64,000 nucleotides of DNA from an uncultured delta proteobacterium (GTDB lineage: Bacteria > Myxococcota_A > Polyangia > Polyangiales > Polyangiaceae). The translations under genes and the position numbers were made by a program. The notes beneath the pieces are model-generated. The model did not search any database and was not told the origin of the DNA. It worked only from the letters and a program-made list of their open reading frames with translations. Positions 1 to 18,973 of the stretch are shown here, one piece after another. The stretch lies in contig CAVOKF010000005.1 of the NCBI GenBank assembly GCA_963696385.1, positions 192,001-256,000 of the forward strand, given 5' to 3'. Positions within the stretch are counted from its first letter, which is position 1; every line of letters begins with the position of its first letter.

Positions 1-496
1 CCAACCGTGTTTCCGCCCAATCGCTGGATCGACGCGTCGCGCGGGCGATGGCCCACGCGAACGGGACCACCTCCATGCCGCTCGCAGCGCACCACGCGAA
101 GCCCCCGAAGGCGATCGTCATGGCGGCCGCGCCCGTGGCGGCTGTGCGGCCTGCGAGAGGTTCGGTCAATCGCGAGGCCTCCCACGCCAGAGCGCCGAGC
201 GCGACGAACGAAAGTCCCCATGCGGGCCACAGGATCGCGTCGTCTCGTGCGCCTACGGCCCAGAACGGAGCCAGAATCACCGGCCAAAGCAGGCTCGTCG
301 CCCCGCTCGTCATCGGCTCGCCCGATTCGAACCGAAAGGGGTGACCCTCGCCGATGGCACGGGCGTACTGAAAATGAATGTAGGCGTCGTCGAGAGCGGC
401 CCCCGCGTGTCCCACCTTGGCGATCACCGTCACGATGGAGCGTTGAGCGATCAGGGCGACGGCGATTGCGAGAGGTCCGTAAGTGAGCGCCCGCAT
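1..496 (-). CDS. Membrane glycosyltransferase, GT-C/arabinofuranosyltransferase-like; runs off the window start
   Basis: Not in the ORF track. Manual translation from ATG at 496: MRALTYGPLAIAVALIAQ...LDDAYIHFQYARAIGEGHPF...GATSLLWPVILAP...ASGMEV, with a DDAYI/GxTSxLW/SGME pattern and several hydrophobic segments. Confidence 0.65.
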   Translation of the reverse strand, partial: MRALTYGPLAIAVALIAQRSIVTVIAKVGHAGAALDDAYIHFQYARAIGEGHPFRFESGEPMTSGATSLLWPVILAPFWAVGARDDAILWPAWGLSFVALGALAWEASRLTEPLAGRTAATGAAAMTIAFGGFAWCAASGMEVVPFAWAIARATRRSSDWAETRL

Positions 497-653
497 TTTC
501 CATTGCTGGCGAGTCCGAACGTTCGGACCTCGCGGTGACTTCAGCGCGAGCGGTCGGCCATCTGGGGTCACGCCCGGACCGTGCCGATGTCGACGGTTGC
601 GGTCAAGGCGGCTGTGACGCGATCGGCGCATCCTTTTGCGGTACAAGCGTTAG

Positions 654-1310
654 ATGGCTCGCCCGTACGAAGACGCGCCACGGCTTCCGGCCAATCGCGT
701 TGATGTGTGCTCCCTCGCCCGCGGCGAGTGGGTCGAGCTCGAAATCGGTCCTGGACGCGGGTGGTTCCTAATCGAGCGAGCGGCCGCCGCCCCCCGTGCG
801 GCCCTTGTCGGCCTGGAGATCCGTCGCAAGTGGGCGGCCATCGTCGATGGGCGGCTACGGGCTCGTGGCTTGGGCAATCGCGCGCGTGTCTTCGCCGAAG
901 ACGCTCGTGTCGCCCTGCCGCGGCTCGCTCCCGATGCGTGCCTGCGGCGAGTGTTCGTGCACTTCCCGGATCCGTGGTGGAAAAAGCGGCATGCAAAGCG
1001 CCTGCTCGTCGGCGACCGATTTCTCGACGAAGTGGCGCGCTTGCTCGAACCATCGGGGGAGCTTTTTGTGCAAACCGACGTAGAAGAGCGGGCTCGCTCG
1101 TATGAAGAGCTCGTCGCATTGGACACTCGATTCGTCCCCGCGGGGAACGATGCGGGCAGTCCGCGAACATCGGAAAATCCGTACGAAGCACGCAGCCCGC
1201 GAGAGCGGCGAGCGGGTATCGATGGGCTCCCCGTGCACCGTCTGCTCTGGCGGCGCCTGCCAGAACCAGATACCGTCGCAGGGCTGCTGCGGGATGAGTC
1301 CGCGCGATGA
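654..1310 (+). CDS. trmB: tRNA (guanine-N7)-methyltransferase
   Basis: ELEIGPGRG SAM motif, GLEIR, FPDPWWKKRHAKR signature. Confidence 0.9.
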   Translation: MARPYEDAPRLPANRVDVCSLARGEWVELEIGPGRGWFLIERAAAAPRAALVGLEIRRKWAAIVDGRLRARGLGNRARVFAEDARVALPRLAPDACLRRVFVHFPDPWWKKRHAKRLLVGDRFLDEVARLLEPSGELFVQTDVEERARSYEELVALDTRFVPAGNDAGSPRTSENPYEARSPRERRAGIDGLPVHRLLWRRLPEPDTVAGLLRDESAR

Positions 1311-2755
1311 TCCGCGGGCATGCGACCCCCATGGCACGAGCCTGCGGGTGGCTTGCGGCTGCCGGCTTGTTTGCCGCTACCGGTCCCGCAACCGCCCGGG
1401 GCCGCATCGTAAACGGGCCGTATCTCACCGGCCTGTCGCCGACCGGCGTAGATGTTCGCTTCGAACTCGATGGCAGTACGACCGCTCTCGTTGAGATTGT
1501 CCGTGACGACGACGCGGGAGCGGACGTTCGAGTGTTCGACAGTCGTAGCGCTTCTGCAATGAGGGTTGTCCGGGCGACGGGGCTCGAACGGGGGACCACC
1601 TACGCCTATCGCGTTCGAGTTGATGGCGCGGTCGTCGGCGTGGGGCACTTCAAAACAGCCCCTGCCGACAATGCCGCAGCCGCCCTGACATTCCTCGTTT
1701 ACGGAGATGATCGCACTGACCCGACCGCGCATGCTGCAGTAGTCCGAGCGATGCAGCAGGTGCCCTCGGACTTCCTCGTCAACACGGGGGATCTCGTGGA
1801 CAACGGCGCGAGTGCGCAAGATTGGCAGTCATTTTTCGACATCGAAGCTCCGTTGCTACGCGAACGCCCCCTGTTCGTATCGATCGGCAATCACGAACTC
1901 AGAGACGACCTGGCCGGCGCGAACTTCGCCCGATATTTCGGCTTCCTGGACGAGTCCGGCATCAATCGCCCGTACGGAACGACGCGGCTCGGCAATACCC
2001 GGTTCTTCTTCCTGAACGGAATGCACGATTGGCGCGCCGGGGACGAGCGCGAGTGGCTCGAGCGGGCGCTGGAGCGTTCGGACGCCGAAGGCAATCTCGT
2101 CTGGCGCATCGCGGTGGTGCACCACGGTCCGTGGTCGCTGGGCCCCCACGGCGCGAATGCACGACTCATCGCCGCGGGCGTGCCCGCGCTGCTTGCCGCA
2201 CATAAGGTCGACCTGCTCCTGTCAGGCCACGATCACATCTACCAACGCGGCGATGCCGGGCCTCTTAAATACATCGTTTCAGGAGGGGGTGGGGCGCCCC
2301 TTTATGGCATCGAGGGGACCGACCCGACTGAGCGTAGGGCGGAATCGACGCATCATTTCGTCGCCGTCGCGGTGACGGAGGAGCGAATCCGCACGCTTGC
2401 GATGCGAGTTGATGGCACGACCATCGAGAGCTGCGGTTTCGTGAGCCGAGGCGCATGGGAATGCTCGCCCGACATTTCGGTGGCGGCTCACTCCGCGGCA
2501 AGCCCGGCGCGACCCGCGCCATCCCGCTCCACATCCCATTGCGGATGTGCTGTTCCGGGAGCTGGGCGCATCGACGCCGTTGCCGCGCTTGCCGCATTCG
2601 CGCTCGTTGGCGTGATTGTTCGCGATCGCCGTCGGGTGGGGCGACGTGGATTGAGCGATTGCCGTCGTCGCCTCTTGCCCGACGCGTTTGCGATCCATCT
2701 GCGCGTTGTGACTCCGAGCCGCACCCCGAGCTCCGGATCGGCGACCCGCCGATGA
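1307..2755 (+). CDS. Exported purple-acid-phosphatase-like metallophosphoesterase with FN3-type N-domain and MYXO-CTERM-like tail
   Basis: GD, TGDLVD, IGNHE, HH and SGHDH motifs; N-terminal signal-like segment; C-terminal CGCAVPG, hydrophobic helix, RDRRR. Confidence 0.8.
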   Translation: MIRGHATPMARACGWLAAAGLFAATGPATARGRIVNGPYLTGLSPTGVDVRFELDGSTTALVEIVRDDDAGADVRVFDSRSASAMRVVRATGLERGTTYAYRVRVDGAVVGVGHFKTAPADNAAAALTFLVYGDDRTDPTAHAAVVRAMQQVPSDFLVNTGDLVDNGASAQDWQSFFDIEAPLLRERPLFVSIGNHELRDDLAGANFARYFGFLDESGINRPYGTTRLGNTRFFFLNGMHDWRAGDEREWLERALERSDAEGNLVWRIAVVHHGPWSLGPHGANARLIAAGVPALLAAHKVDLLLSGHDHIYQRGDAGPLKYIVSGGGGAPLYGIEGTDPTERRAESTHHFVAVAVTEERIRTLAMRVDGTTIESCGFVSRGAWECSPDISVAAHSAASPARPAPSRSTSHCGCAVPGAGRIDAVAALAAFALVGVIVRDRRRVGRRGLSDCRRRLLPDAFAIHLRVVTPSRTPSSGSATRR

Positions 2756-2816
2756 CGCCGCCCATCCGGAAGAAGGGCGGGGCTCTAACAGGCACGGGCG
2801 GACAACAATCCCGCTC

Positions 2817-2993
2817 TCACCCGGTACGTATCGCGAAGAGCCGATCCTTGGCCGCCAAGCGTCGTTTCTTCAGTTCGGCAGCGCGCAGGCGGTCTTCAGG
2901 CGTCATGTGAGCTCCGCGGCGATCCAACTTGTGGATTTCATCGTCTAGCGTTCGATGGGCAAGCTCCAAGTCGTGGGCATCCACATGCTTCAT
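2817..2993 (-). CDS. Small coiled-coil protein, DUF465/YdcH-like (58 aa)
   Basis: MKHVDAHDLELAHRTLDDEIHKL...ELKKRRLAAKDRL pattern; AGGAG RBS upstream of the ATG at 2993. Confidence 0.7.
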   Translation of the reverse strand: MKHVDAHDLELAHRTLDDEIHKLDRRGAHMTPEDRLRAAELKKRRLAAKDRLFAIRTG

Positions 2994-3176
2994 CGGGACT
3001 TCTCCTGCGCGGAAGGGCGATGTCGGCCCCTCGCGATCGACCCTACGCCCGAAGCTCAACGCGTCAACGGCGCCGTGTGTTCAGTGCGCGATCGAGCGAG
3101 GTCCAATGCCCGAGCTCTCCGACTCGGCCCGGCCTTCCGGGAAACGTCGGTGCGAGGTTCGCTATTCTCTGCGCAG

Positions 3177-4358
3177 ATGCGTTTCTGCGTGATCTCGGCG
3201 GCGTCGGCCTTGGTCGTCCAAGCTTGTGCTGGCCCTCGCCCGGTGGCCGTCTCCCCCTTTTCCACCGTTGTCATGGCCCAAACGCGCATCGTGACGCCGA
3301 GCGAGATAACCACAGAGGGCGAGCTCGCGGCACGCGCCGAGCGCGCGCTGATGGAGCAGCGCTGGCACAACGCGGCGGATGCGTATCGGACGTTACTCGC
3401 GGCCGACTCGGAAAGCCCGCATGCCGCCCAATACCTGTTCGATCTAGGACTCGCTCTCGAGGGTCTGCAAGATCGCACGCGGGCGCGGGACGCATTTCTC
3501 GATCTGGTGCGACGCTTTCCGAACGGTCCCCATGCGCGCGGCGCGCTCGTTCGTGTCGCGACGCTCGATGCCTATCTCGAAGACTGGCAGGCGTTGCAGT
3601 TCATCGGAGACCAGTTGCTCGTCCGGACCGATCTCGACGACGTCGAGCGCATCGTGGCGCTCGGGGCGCGCGCTCTCGCCAGCGTTGAGTGCGGCAATGA
3701 CGCGGCCGCTTCGCGCGACATCAACGACGGCCTCGATCTCGCCGATCAGCTTCACTACGGCGATCGGGACGTGCTCCCCGTCGCGGTCGCCCAGGTCCGC
3801 TTTGCGTTGGGCGAACTGCGCCGCGTCCGGTCCGAGCGGATTCGCTTCGATCCCGTGCCGGTCGACTTTCTCGCGCAACTCGACGCTCGCTGCCAAGGAC
3901 TCCTTCAAGCCCAGGCGGCGTACGCGCAGGCCGTGCGCTCGGTCGATCCGCACTGGGCGGCGATGGCGGGCTACCGGTTGGGAGCCATGTATCGCTTGCT
4001 GCACCATGATCTGATGCAGATTCCTCCGCCCTCCTCGACGAGGACACCGGGGCAACGTCAGGCATTTTTTGCCTTCATGCACGTGCGCTACCGTGTGCTC
4101 TTGGAAAAGGGCCTCCGCGAAATTGACCAGACGATCGCGCTTGGCGAGCGCACGCGCGACTCGTCGACTTGGATCCTCCGCGCGCGCGAGGCCAAGGAGG
4201 AGATGCAGAACGCACTGACTGAGGAGCGAGCGCGGCTGCAGCAGATGCCGTTCACGGAAGCCGACGTGAAGGCGGCGCTCGACCTGCTCCAGAAGAATGC
4301 ACGCGCCTCAGGGAGCGCGTCGCGCGCCACACCTGCCCCTCATGCAGCGCCCCCCTGA
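3177..4358 (+). CDS. TPR-repeat lipoprotein
   Basis: Lipobox-like VQAC after a hydrophobic stretch; TPR-like repeats (YLFDLGLAL...FLDLVRRFPNGPHA). Start inferred. Confidence 0.65.
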   Translation: MRFCVISAASALVVQACAGPRPVAVSPFSTVVMAQTRIVTPSEITTEGELAARAERALMEQRWHNAADAYRTLLAADSESPHAAQYLFDLGLALEGLQDRTRARDAFLDLVRRFPNGPHARGALVRVATLDAYLEDWQALQFIGDQLLVRTDLDDVERIVALGARALASVECGNDAAASRDINDGLDLADQLHYGDRDVLPVAVAQVRFALGELRRVRSERIRFDPVPVDFLAQLDARCQGLLQAQAAYAQAVRSVDPHWAAMAGYRLGAMYRLLHHDLMQIPPPSSTRTPGQRQAFFAFMHVRYRVLLEKGLREIDQTIALGERTRDSSTWILRAREAKEEMQNALTEERARLQQMPFTEADVKAALDLLQKNARASGSASRATPAPHAAPP

Positions 4359-4532
4359 CGTCGCGATGCTTGACATAGGCGTGGCGTACGGCTAAGCGAC
4401 CGGCCGCGTTGCGCGACCGGGTCTGACCCGAACATTGCACCGCAGCCGTATACCATAACGCATTTTTTTCGGGCAACGGGGTCCCGCGCAGGAGACACGT
4501 GCGCGGCACCCTCCAAATGGCTTCCTTGTTGC

Positions 4533-4570
4533 TTGCGCGGAGCCCGTCCGGGAAGTAATGTGCGCGCCCC
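4533..4570 (+). promoter_or_regulatory. Candidate sigma-70 promoter for the tRNA-tuf operon
   Basis: TTGCGC (4533-38), 17-nt spacer, TAATGT (4556-61), then GC-rich discriminator GCGCGCCCC. Confidence 0.5.
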
Positions 4571-4620
4571 TTGCCCGTCGGCGCCCCAAGCGCTGCCGGG
4601 GCGGCAACATGCCGTCGAGG

Positions 4621-4692
4621 GCTGGCGTAGCTCAACGGCAGAGCACCTGTTTTGTAAACAGGTGGTTAGGGGTTCAAGTCCCCTCGCCAGCT
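4621..4692 (+). tRNA. tRNA-Thr(TGT)
   Basis: Acceptor stem GCTGGCG/CGCCAGC; anticodon arm CCTGT-TTTGTAA-ACAGG; T-loop TTCAAGT. Confidence 0.95.
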
Positions 4693-4746
4693 CGCTGCCG
4701 ACATCAACAGCAAGAGCGTCTTTCGAGGTAGAAGGCCAATAAGTGC

Positions 4747-4829
<83 letters not shown>

Positions 4830-4910
4830 CCGGCATCGAGCGGATCGGTGGTCGCCGACTCGGTCAACAGTTCACAGAGAACGGAAGGAAGGTCGAGAAT
4901 ACGAAGAGTC

Positions 4911-4983
4911 GCGGGAGTAGCTCAGTTGGTAGAGCGTCAGCCTTCCAAGCTGAACGTCGCCGGTTCGAACCCGGTCTCCCGCT
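4911..4983 (+). tRNA. tRNA-Gly(TCC)
   Basis: Acceptor GCGGGAG/CTCCCGC; anticodon arm TCAGC-CTTCCAA-GCTGA. Confidence 0.95.
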
Positions 4984-4990
4984 CAGTCTG

Positions 4991-5062
<72 letters not shown>

Positions 5063-5144
5063 CGGATCCGGTCGTCAGTTGTTGCTCGGCGCGCGCCGCC
5101 TCTCATTCAGCATCTCTCAGCAAGTCCCACAGGAGACTCGAGCC

Positions 5145-6335
5145 ATGGCCAAGGAGAAGTTCGTACGCAGCAAGCCGCACGTGAACGTGGGGACGATCGG
5201 TCACATTGACCACGGGAAGACGACGCTGACGGCGGCGCTGGTGAAGGTGCAGTCGAAGAAGGGTCTTGCGAAGGTCATCAGCTACAAGGACATCGCGAAG
5301 GGTGGGACGGTACGCGACGAGACGAAGACGGTGACGATTGCGGTGGCGCACGTGGAGTACGAGAGCGACAAGCGTCACTACGCGCACGTCGATTGTCCGG
5401 GTCACGCGGACTACATCAAGAACATGATCACGGGTGCGGCGCAGATGGACGGTGCGATTCTGGTGGTGAGCGCACTGGACAGCGTGATGCCGCAGACCCG
5501 CGAGCACGTTTTGTTGGCGCGTCAAGTGGGTTTGAACCACATCGTTGTATTTTTGAACAAGTGCGACGCGGTGGACGACGCGGAGATGCTGGACCTGGTC
5601 GAGATGGAGGTCCGAGAGCTTCTGAACAAGTACAAGTTCGATGGCGACAACGCGACGGTCATCCGTGGTGCGGCGCTACCGGCGCTCAACGGAGACCCGA
5701 AGTGGGAAAAATCGATCGACGAGTTGATCGTGGCGCTGGACGGTCGGATTCCCGACCCGATCCGCGACATCGATAAGCCGTTTTTGATGGCCGTAGAGGA
5801 CGTATTTTCAATCAAGGGCCGCGGAACGGTGGCGACGGGTCGAGTCGAGCGCGGGATCGTGAAAGTTCAAGAAGAAGTCGAACTGATCGGATTTGCCGAT
5901 ACACGCAAACTCGTCGTGACGGGCGTGGAGATGTTTCGCAAGCTCCTGGACCAGGGTCAGGCGGGCGACAACATCGGAGTCTTGCTTCGCGGGATCGAGA
6001 AACACGAGATCGAGCGGGGTCAGATTCTGGCCAAGCCCGGCAGTGTCACGCCGCACACGAAGTTCGAGGGCGAAGTGTACGTGCTCAAAAAGGAGGAAGG
6101 AGGCCGGCATACGCCATTCTTCACCAACTACCGCCCGCAGTTTTACATGCGCACGACCGACGTGACCGGTACCGTGGCACTTCCCGAAGGAACCAAAATG
6201 GTCATGCCGGGCGATAACACCAAGATGATCATCGAGCTCATCACTCCCGTGGCGCTCGAAGAGCAACAGCGGTTCGCCATTCGCGAAGGGGGCCGCACCG
6301 TAGGCGCCGGAATCGTTACCAAAATCCTTCAGTAG
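5145..6335 (+). CDS. tuf: Elongation factor Tu, copy 1 (tufB position)
   Basis: [33 protein letters not shown]; follows the Thr-Tyr-Gly-Thr tRNA cluster. Confidence 0.98.
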   Translation: MAKEKFVRSKPHVNVGTIGHIDHGKTTLTAALVKVQSKKGLAKVISYKDIAKGGTVRDETKTVTIAVAHVEYESDKRHYAHVDCPGHADYIKNMITGAAQMDGAILVVSALDSVMPQTREHVLLARQVGLNHIVVFLNKCDAVDDAEMLDLVEMEVRELLNKYKFDGDNATVIRGAALPALNGDPKWEKSIDELIVALDGRIPDPIRDIDKPFLMAVEDVFSIKGRGTVATGRVERGIVKVQEEVELIGFADTRKLVVTGVEMFRKLLDQGQAGDNIGVLLRGIEKHEIERGQILAKPGSVTPHTKFEGEVYVLKKEEGGRHTPFFTNYRPQFYMRTTDVTGTVALPEGTKMVMPGDNTKMIIELITPVALEEQQRFAIREGGRTVGAGIVTKILQ

Positions 6336-6339
6336 CCGC

Positions 6340-6492
6340 ATGGCCGAGCGGGTGACCGTCGTGCTCGCGTGCACGGAGTGCGAATCGCGGAATTACAAAA
6401 CCACCCGGAAAACCGACGGAAAAGGGCAACTAGCGTTGAAGAAATTTTGTCCGGACTGTAAGCGGCACACCGTTCACAAGGAGACGAAGTGA
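6340..6492 (+). CDS. rpmG: 50S ribosomal protein L33, zinc-ribbon type
   Basis: Manual translation MAERVTVVLACTECESRNYKTTRK...KKFCPDCKRHTVHKETK; below the ORF-track length cutoff; canonical position. Confidence 0.93.
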   Translation: MAERVTVVLACTECESRNYKTTRKTDGKGQLALKKFCPDCKRHTVHKETK

Positions 6493-6575
6493 ATGGGCCT
6501 TGGGCCAAGCGGGGACTCTGCATATGGTCTGCACGAGTTCCCGCGCAGGGGTCAGCCGCAAATTCGGAAACAACT

Positions 6576-6648
6576 AGGGGTTTAGCTCAGTTGGTAGAGC
6601 AGCGGATTCCAAATCCGCAGGTCGTGGGTTCGAGCCCCTCAGCCCCTG
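6576..6648 (+). tRNA. tRNA-Trp(CCA)
   Basis: Acceptor AGGGGTT/AGCCCCT; anticodon arm GCGGA-TTCCAAA-TCCGC; between rpmG and secE. Confidence 0.93.
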
Positions 6649-6679
6649 CCGCGTTTTTTATGCCGCCGAGACGAGTGCA

Positions 6680-7261
6680 ATGACCGTTCATGAAGATGTC
6701 AAACGAGAGCGCGCCCAGGCCGGGCAGAAGGGAACGTCCACCGACGATGGTTCCGACGCCCGCGCGCGTCCCGAGCGCGTCCTGGACCCAGAGCCGCGAG
6801 GCGCTCTCGAGGGGCCAGCGGGAGCGGCAGACGAGCCTAGCGAAGCGGCCCCCGTCGGCGCGGCGTCGCCGACGCAACTCGGAACGCGCCGCTTCGTGTA
6901 CGCTGCCTACTTCGGAGCCGCGATCGCGATCGCGTTTCTCGTATCCAAGGTACTCGACTTCGCGTGGGTCAAGCTTCAAGCGTACAAACCCGCGGTCGGC
7001 GAGGCTCGTGACGACATCCTCATGCCAATCTCGGCCCTCATCGGCGCAGGGGCGGCCGTGTACTATTGGTACCGCACTCGAGCTCGGGAGCTCGCAGACG
7101 AAGTCGCCACCGAGATGTCGAAGGTCACCTGGCCGACCCGAACCGAAGTGACCAACGGGACGGTCGTGGTCATCCTCACCACGGTGGTCTCGACGGTATT
7201 CTTCGCATTGATGGACAAGTTCTGGGGCTTTATCACGAACCTCGTGTACGGGGGGACCTGA
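6680..7261 (+). CDS. secE: Preprotein translocase SecE, 3-TM form with long low-complexity N-terminus; start uncertain
   Basis: EMSKVTWPTRTEV motif; upstream of nusG. Confidence 0.9.
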   Translation: MTVHEDVKRERAQAGQKGTSTDDGSDARARPERVLDPEPRGALEGPAGAADEPSEAAPVGAASPTQLGTRRFVYAAYFGAAIAIAFLVSKVLDFAWVKLQAYKPAVGEARDDILMPISALIGAGAAVYYWYRTRARELADEVATEMSKVTWPTRTEVTNGTVVVILTTVVSTVFFALMDKFWGFITNLVYGGT

Positions 7262-7267
7262 GGCGTC

Positions 7268-7801
7268 ATGGCGAAGAAGTGGTACGTCATCCAGACTTAC
7301 TCCGGGTATGAGAGCAAAGTGCGAGAGGCGCTTCTCCAGAGAATCAAGGAGCACCACATGGAAGGGCGCTTCGGCGAAGTGCTGATCCCGACCGAGACGG
7401 TGACGGAGCAACGCGCAGGTGGCAAGAGCCGCATGCGTCAGAAGACGAGCTTTCCTGGGTACATGTTCGTGGAAATGGACATGGGCGAAGACGTCTGGCA
7501 CCTGGTCAAAGATACTCCCAAGGTCACCGGCTTCATCGGCAATCAGCGCCCGCAGGAGGTCACGCCTCCCCAGATTGACGACCTTCGCAAGAGCATCATC
7601 GAAGGCGCGGTCAAGCCGAAGCCGCGCGTCAGCTTCGAAGCGGGCGACGAGATTCGCGTGATCGATGGAGCTTTCGCCAATTTCTCCGGAACGGTGGAGG
7701 AGGTGAAGCCGGACAAGCAGAAGTTGCGCGTCAAGGTGTCCATCTTCGGGCGCGCGACGCCGGTGGAACTGGATTTCAGCCAAGTCGAGAAAAGGGTCTG
7801 A
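7268..7801 (+). CDS. nusG: Transcription elongation factor NusG
   Basis: [18 protein letters not shown] domain, [10 protein letters not shown]. Confidence 0.97.
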   Translation: MAKKWYVIQTYSGYESKVREALLQRIKEHHMEGRFGEVLIPTETVTEQRAGGKSRMRQKTSFPGYMFVEMDMGEDVWHLVKDTPKVTGFIGNQRPQEVTPPQIDDLRKSIIEGAVKPKPRVSFEAGDEIRVIDGAFANFSGTVEEVKPDKQKLRVKVSIFGRATPVELDFSQVEKRV

Positions 7802-7804
7802 GTC

Positions 7805-8248
7805 ATGGCGAAGAAGGTTTCCGGAATCGTGAAGCTCCAGCTTGCCGCGGGCAAGGCAAGCCCAGCCCCGCCCGTCGGTCCAGCACTTGGTCCGCATGGC
7901 ATCAACATCATGGCGTTCTGCAAGGAGTTCAATGCGAAGACGCAGGGGAGCGATATGATTATCCCCGTCGTCCTCACGGTGTATTCCGACCGTAGTTTCA
8001 GCATGTTACTGAAGACGCCGCCGACGAGTGTTCTGCTCAAAAAGGCCGCCGGTCTGGCGACCAGCAAAAAGCCCGGTTCGGGCTCGAAGGAACCGAACAA
8101 GGTGAAAATCGGCAAAGTGACGATGAAGCAGGTCCGGGACCTTGCGGAACAGAAGATGCCGGACATGAATTGCACCGACATCGAGGCGGCGATTCAGACG
8201 GTGATGGGCACCGCCCGGTCAATGGGCATCGACGTAGTAGAAGCGTGA
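7805..8248 (+). CDS. rplK: 50S ribosomal protein L11
   Basis: [10 protein letters not shown] and GTARSMG motifs. Confidence 0.97.
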   Translation: MAKKVSGIVKLQLAAGKASPAPPVGPALGPHGINIMAFCKEFNAKTQGSDMIIPVVLTVYSDRSFSMLLKTPPTSVLLKKAAGLATSKKPGSGSKEPNKVKIGKVTMKQVRDLAEQKMPDMNCTDIEAAIQTVMGTARSMGIDVVEA

Positions 8249-8375
8249 CGCTGACGAAAGACCGTCGAGGTCCGGTGGGCGAATCGTTCCCCGGGCTCTT
8301 CGGTCCCCCATTCATCACCACCGCCCGATGTTTTGCGGAAAACGGTGGGAGGCGAGGAGCCGCACAAGGAGAAAC

Positions 8376-9086
8376 ATGGCGACTATTGCAAAGAAGCGCG
8401 CGGCGGTCACCGCTCTGGTGGATACTGCACGCAAGTACAGTGTCGAGGAGGCATGCGCCCTGGTGAAAAAGGCGAAGTACGCGGCATTTGACGAAACCGT
8501 CGACCTCGCCGTCCGTCTTGGCGTCAATCCAAAGCACGCAGATCAGATGGTTCGTGGAGCGATCGTCCTCCCGCACGGGACCGGCAGAAACGTCCGCGTG
8601 CTCGTCTTCGCGAAAGGCGACAAGGAGCGGGAGGCTCGCGAGGCGGGTGCCGACTTCGCCGGGAGCGACGATCTGGTGGCCAAGGTTTCGGAGGGATTTC
8701 TGGATTTCGATCGGGTTATCGCCACTCCTGACATGATGGGCTCTGTTGGAAAGCTCGGTCGTGTGCTAGGTCCGCGCGGCCTCATGCCGAATCCGAAAGT
8801 TGGAACGGTCACCTTCGATGTTACGGCGGCGGTCAGAGACGCCAAAGGCGGCAAGATCGAATACCGCGTCGAGAAGGCGGGGATCGTGCACGCTCGAATC
8901 GGTAAGGTTTCGTTCAATGAGCAGGCGCTCTCGGACAACGCGAAGGCGCTGATCGGCGCGCTGGTTCGCCAAAAGCCGTCGACTGCCAAGGGAAGCTATC
9001 TGCGGAGCATTACGGTCAGCTCGACCATGGGGCCCGGCATCAAGATCGATCCCGGGCAGTTCATTGCGGCGGGCGAAGAGGGATAG
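8376..9086 (+). CDS. rplA: 50S ribosomal protein L1
   Basis: [29 protein letters not shown]. Confidence 0.97.
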   Translation: MATIAKKRAAVTALVDTARKYSVEEACALVKKAKYAAFDETVDLAVRLGVNPKHADQMVRGAIVLPHGTGRNVRVLVFAKGDKEREAREAGADFAGSDDLVAKVSEGFLDFDRVIATPDMMGSVGKLGRVLGPRGLMPNPKVGTVTFDVTAAVRDAKGGKIEYRVEKAGIVHARIGKVSFNEQALSDNAKALIGALVRQKPSTAKGSYLRSITVSSTMGPGIKIDPGQFIAAGEEG

Positions 9087-9093
9087 CGACACC

Positions 9094-9621
9094 ATGGACC
9101 GAACGACGAAAGATGGACAGATCGCTGAGATCCGAACCCGCTTCGACAAGATGACGGCGGCCGTTTTCCTCGACTTTAAGGGGATGACCGTCGAGAACGT
9201 CACGAAACTCCGTTCTGAATTTCGCAAGGCGGGGGTCGACTACAAGGTGTGCAAAAACACGCTTGTGAAGCACGCGCTCAAAGGCGCCCCGTTCACGGCG
9301 ACGCTCGACGGCGCGCTCGTCGGCATGACCGGTATTGCCTGGAGTTATGAAGATCCCAGCGCGGCCGCAAAGGTCGTCAAGGCGTTCCGCAAGGATCCCG
9401 CCGGTGAAAAGCTCCTGATTAAGGCCGGGCTGATCGAGGGCTCCGTTCTCGACGCGAAGGGAGTCGAAGACCGGCTCGCAAGCATGCCTGGTAAGGACGA
9501 GCTGCGTGCGACCCTCCTCGCGACGCTCCAAGCGCCCTTGCAGAACTTTGTCGCCCTGCTCGCGGCGCCGTCGCAGAACTTCGTCTACCTCCTGTCGGCG
9601 AAGGAGCGCGATGGCGCGTAA
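9094..9621 (+). CDS. rplJ: 50S ribosomal protein L10
   Basis: YKVCKNTL motif; synteny. Confidence 0.95.
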   Translation: MDRTTKDGQIAEIRTRFDKMTAAVFLDFKGMTVENVTKLRSEFRKAGVDYKVCKNTLVKHALKGAPFTATLDGALVGMTGIAWSYEDPSAAAKVVKAFRKDPAGEKLLIKAGLIEGSVLDAKGVEDRLASMPGKDELRATLLATLQAPLQNFVALLAAPSQNFVYLLSAKERDGA

Positions 9622-9668
9622 CCAACCAATTTCAACGATCCCTTTCGAGATTGATACGGAGAATTCAA

Positions 9669-10058
9669 ATGGCAGAGATTACGCGTGAGCAGGTGGTTGA
9701 TTTTCTTTCGAACATGCCGGTAATTCAGCTGTCGGATCTGATCCGGACGCTCGAGGACAAGTGGGGCGTCAAAGCGGCTCCGGTCGCGGTGGCGGGCATC
9801 GGGCCGGCGGCCGCCGGCGCAGCTCCGGCCGCTCCGGTTGAAGAGAAGACCGAGTTCAACGTTGAGCTCAAAGAGGCCGGGGCGAGCAAAATCTCGGTCA
9901 TCAAGGTTGTCCGGGAGATTACCGGGCTCGGACTGAAGGAAGCCAAGGACCTGGTCGAAGGCGCGCCAAAAACGGTCAAGGAGGCCGTTTCGAAGGCGGA
10001 TGCCGAGGATATGAAGAAAAAGCTCGAGGACGCGGGAGCAAAGGTCGAGCTCAAGTAG
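9669..10058 (+). CDS. rplL: 50S ribosomal protein L7/L12
   Basis: [18 protein letters not shown]. Confidence 0.97.
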   Translation: MAEITREQVVDFLSNMPVIQLSDLIRTLEDKWGVKAAPVAVAGIGPAAAGAAPAAPVEEKTEFNVELKEAGASKISVIKVVREITGLGLKEAKDLVEGAPKTVKEAVSKADAEDMKKKLEDAGAKVELK

Positions 10059-10224
10059 GTGACCGTTTCTCATTGGCTTAGGGGCGAGTTCGAGCGCGGC
10101 GCCCACCATCGGGGCTCGCGGTCGCGTTCGTTTGGTTCCCCGCTTGCCCCTTGCCCGCGCCCCGCTCCGGAGGTGGCCGCCGCCCGCCGACACGCGGGGG
10201 GGGCGACAATCGTCAGGGCTGAGT

Positions 10225-10252
10225 TTGCACATTTTTTTCCGCCGGGTAGGCT
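10225..10252 (+). promoter_or_regulatory. Candidate sigma-70 promoter for rpoBC
   Basis: TTGCAC, 16-nt spacer, TAGGCT in the rplL-rpoB gap. Confidence 0.5.
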
Positions 10253-10461
10253 AGCAAGCCTTTCCGGACGGCGTACCTTTTGCTTCGCCCGTCTAAGTTT
10301 CGGACTAAGGTCCCGTCGGCTTGCAGGCTTGACGCCGGTCACACGCGCATGACCAGCGGGCAAGTGAACATTCAAAAAAATTCGGTTGCGCGGTGGTCGG
10401 CCGCAGGCCCGGGGCCCAATCGCCCTGGGAATCGCTGTCGACGAAAACGTCAGGAGCAGTG

Positions 10462-14595
<4,134 letters not shown>

Positions 14596-14721
14596 GTTCC
14601 GGGTGGACCGGGCGCATCTGGAAAAATCTCCCGGCACCCGCATCCGCCCCGTAATGCTCCTCACATAAGGCTATTTTGGCAGGTTTCTATTCGTAGGCAG
14701 TCAGGAAAAGGACATACCCCG

Positions 14722-18966
<4,245 letters not shown>

Positions 18967-18973
18967 CGCGTGT

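Noticed and set aside
7..1819. ORFs 7-486(+), 568-1599(-) and 650-1819(-)
   Set aside because: Arg/Pro/Ser-rich off-frame translations overlapping better-supported genes.
4370..4398. TTGACA-N17-TAAGCG as a second tRNA promoter
   Set aside because: The -10 box lacks the conserved final T; insufficient support.
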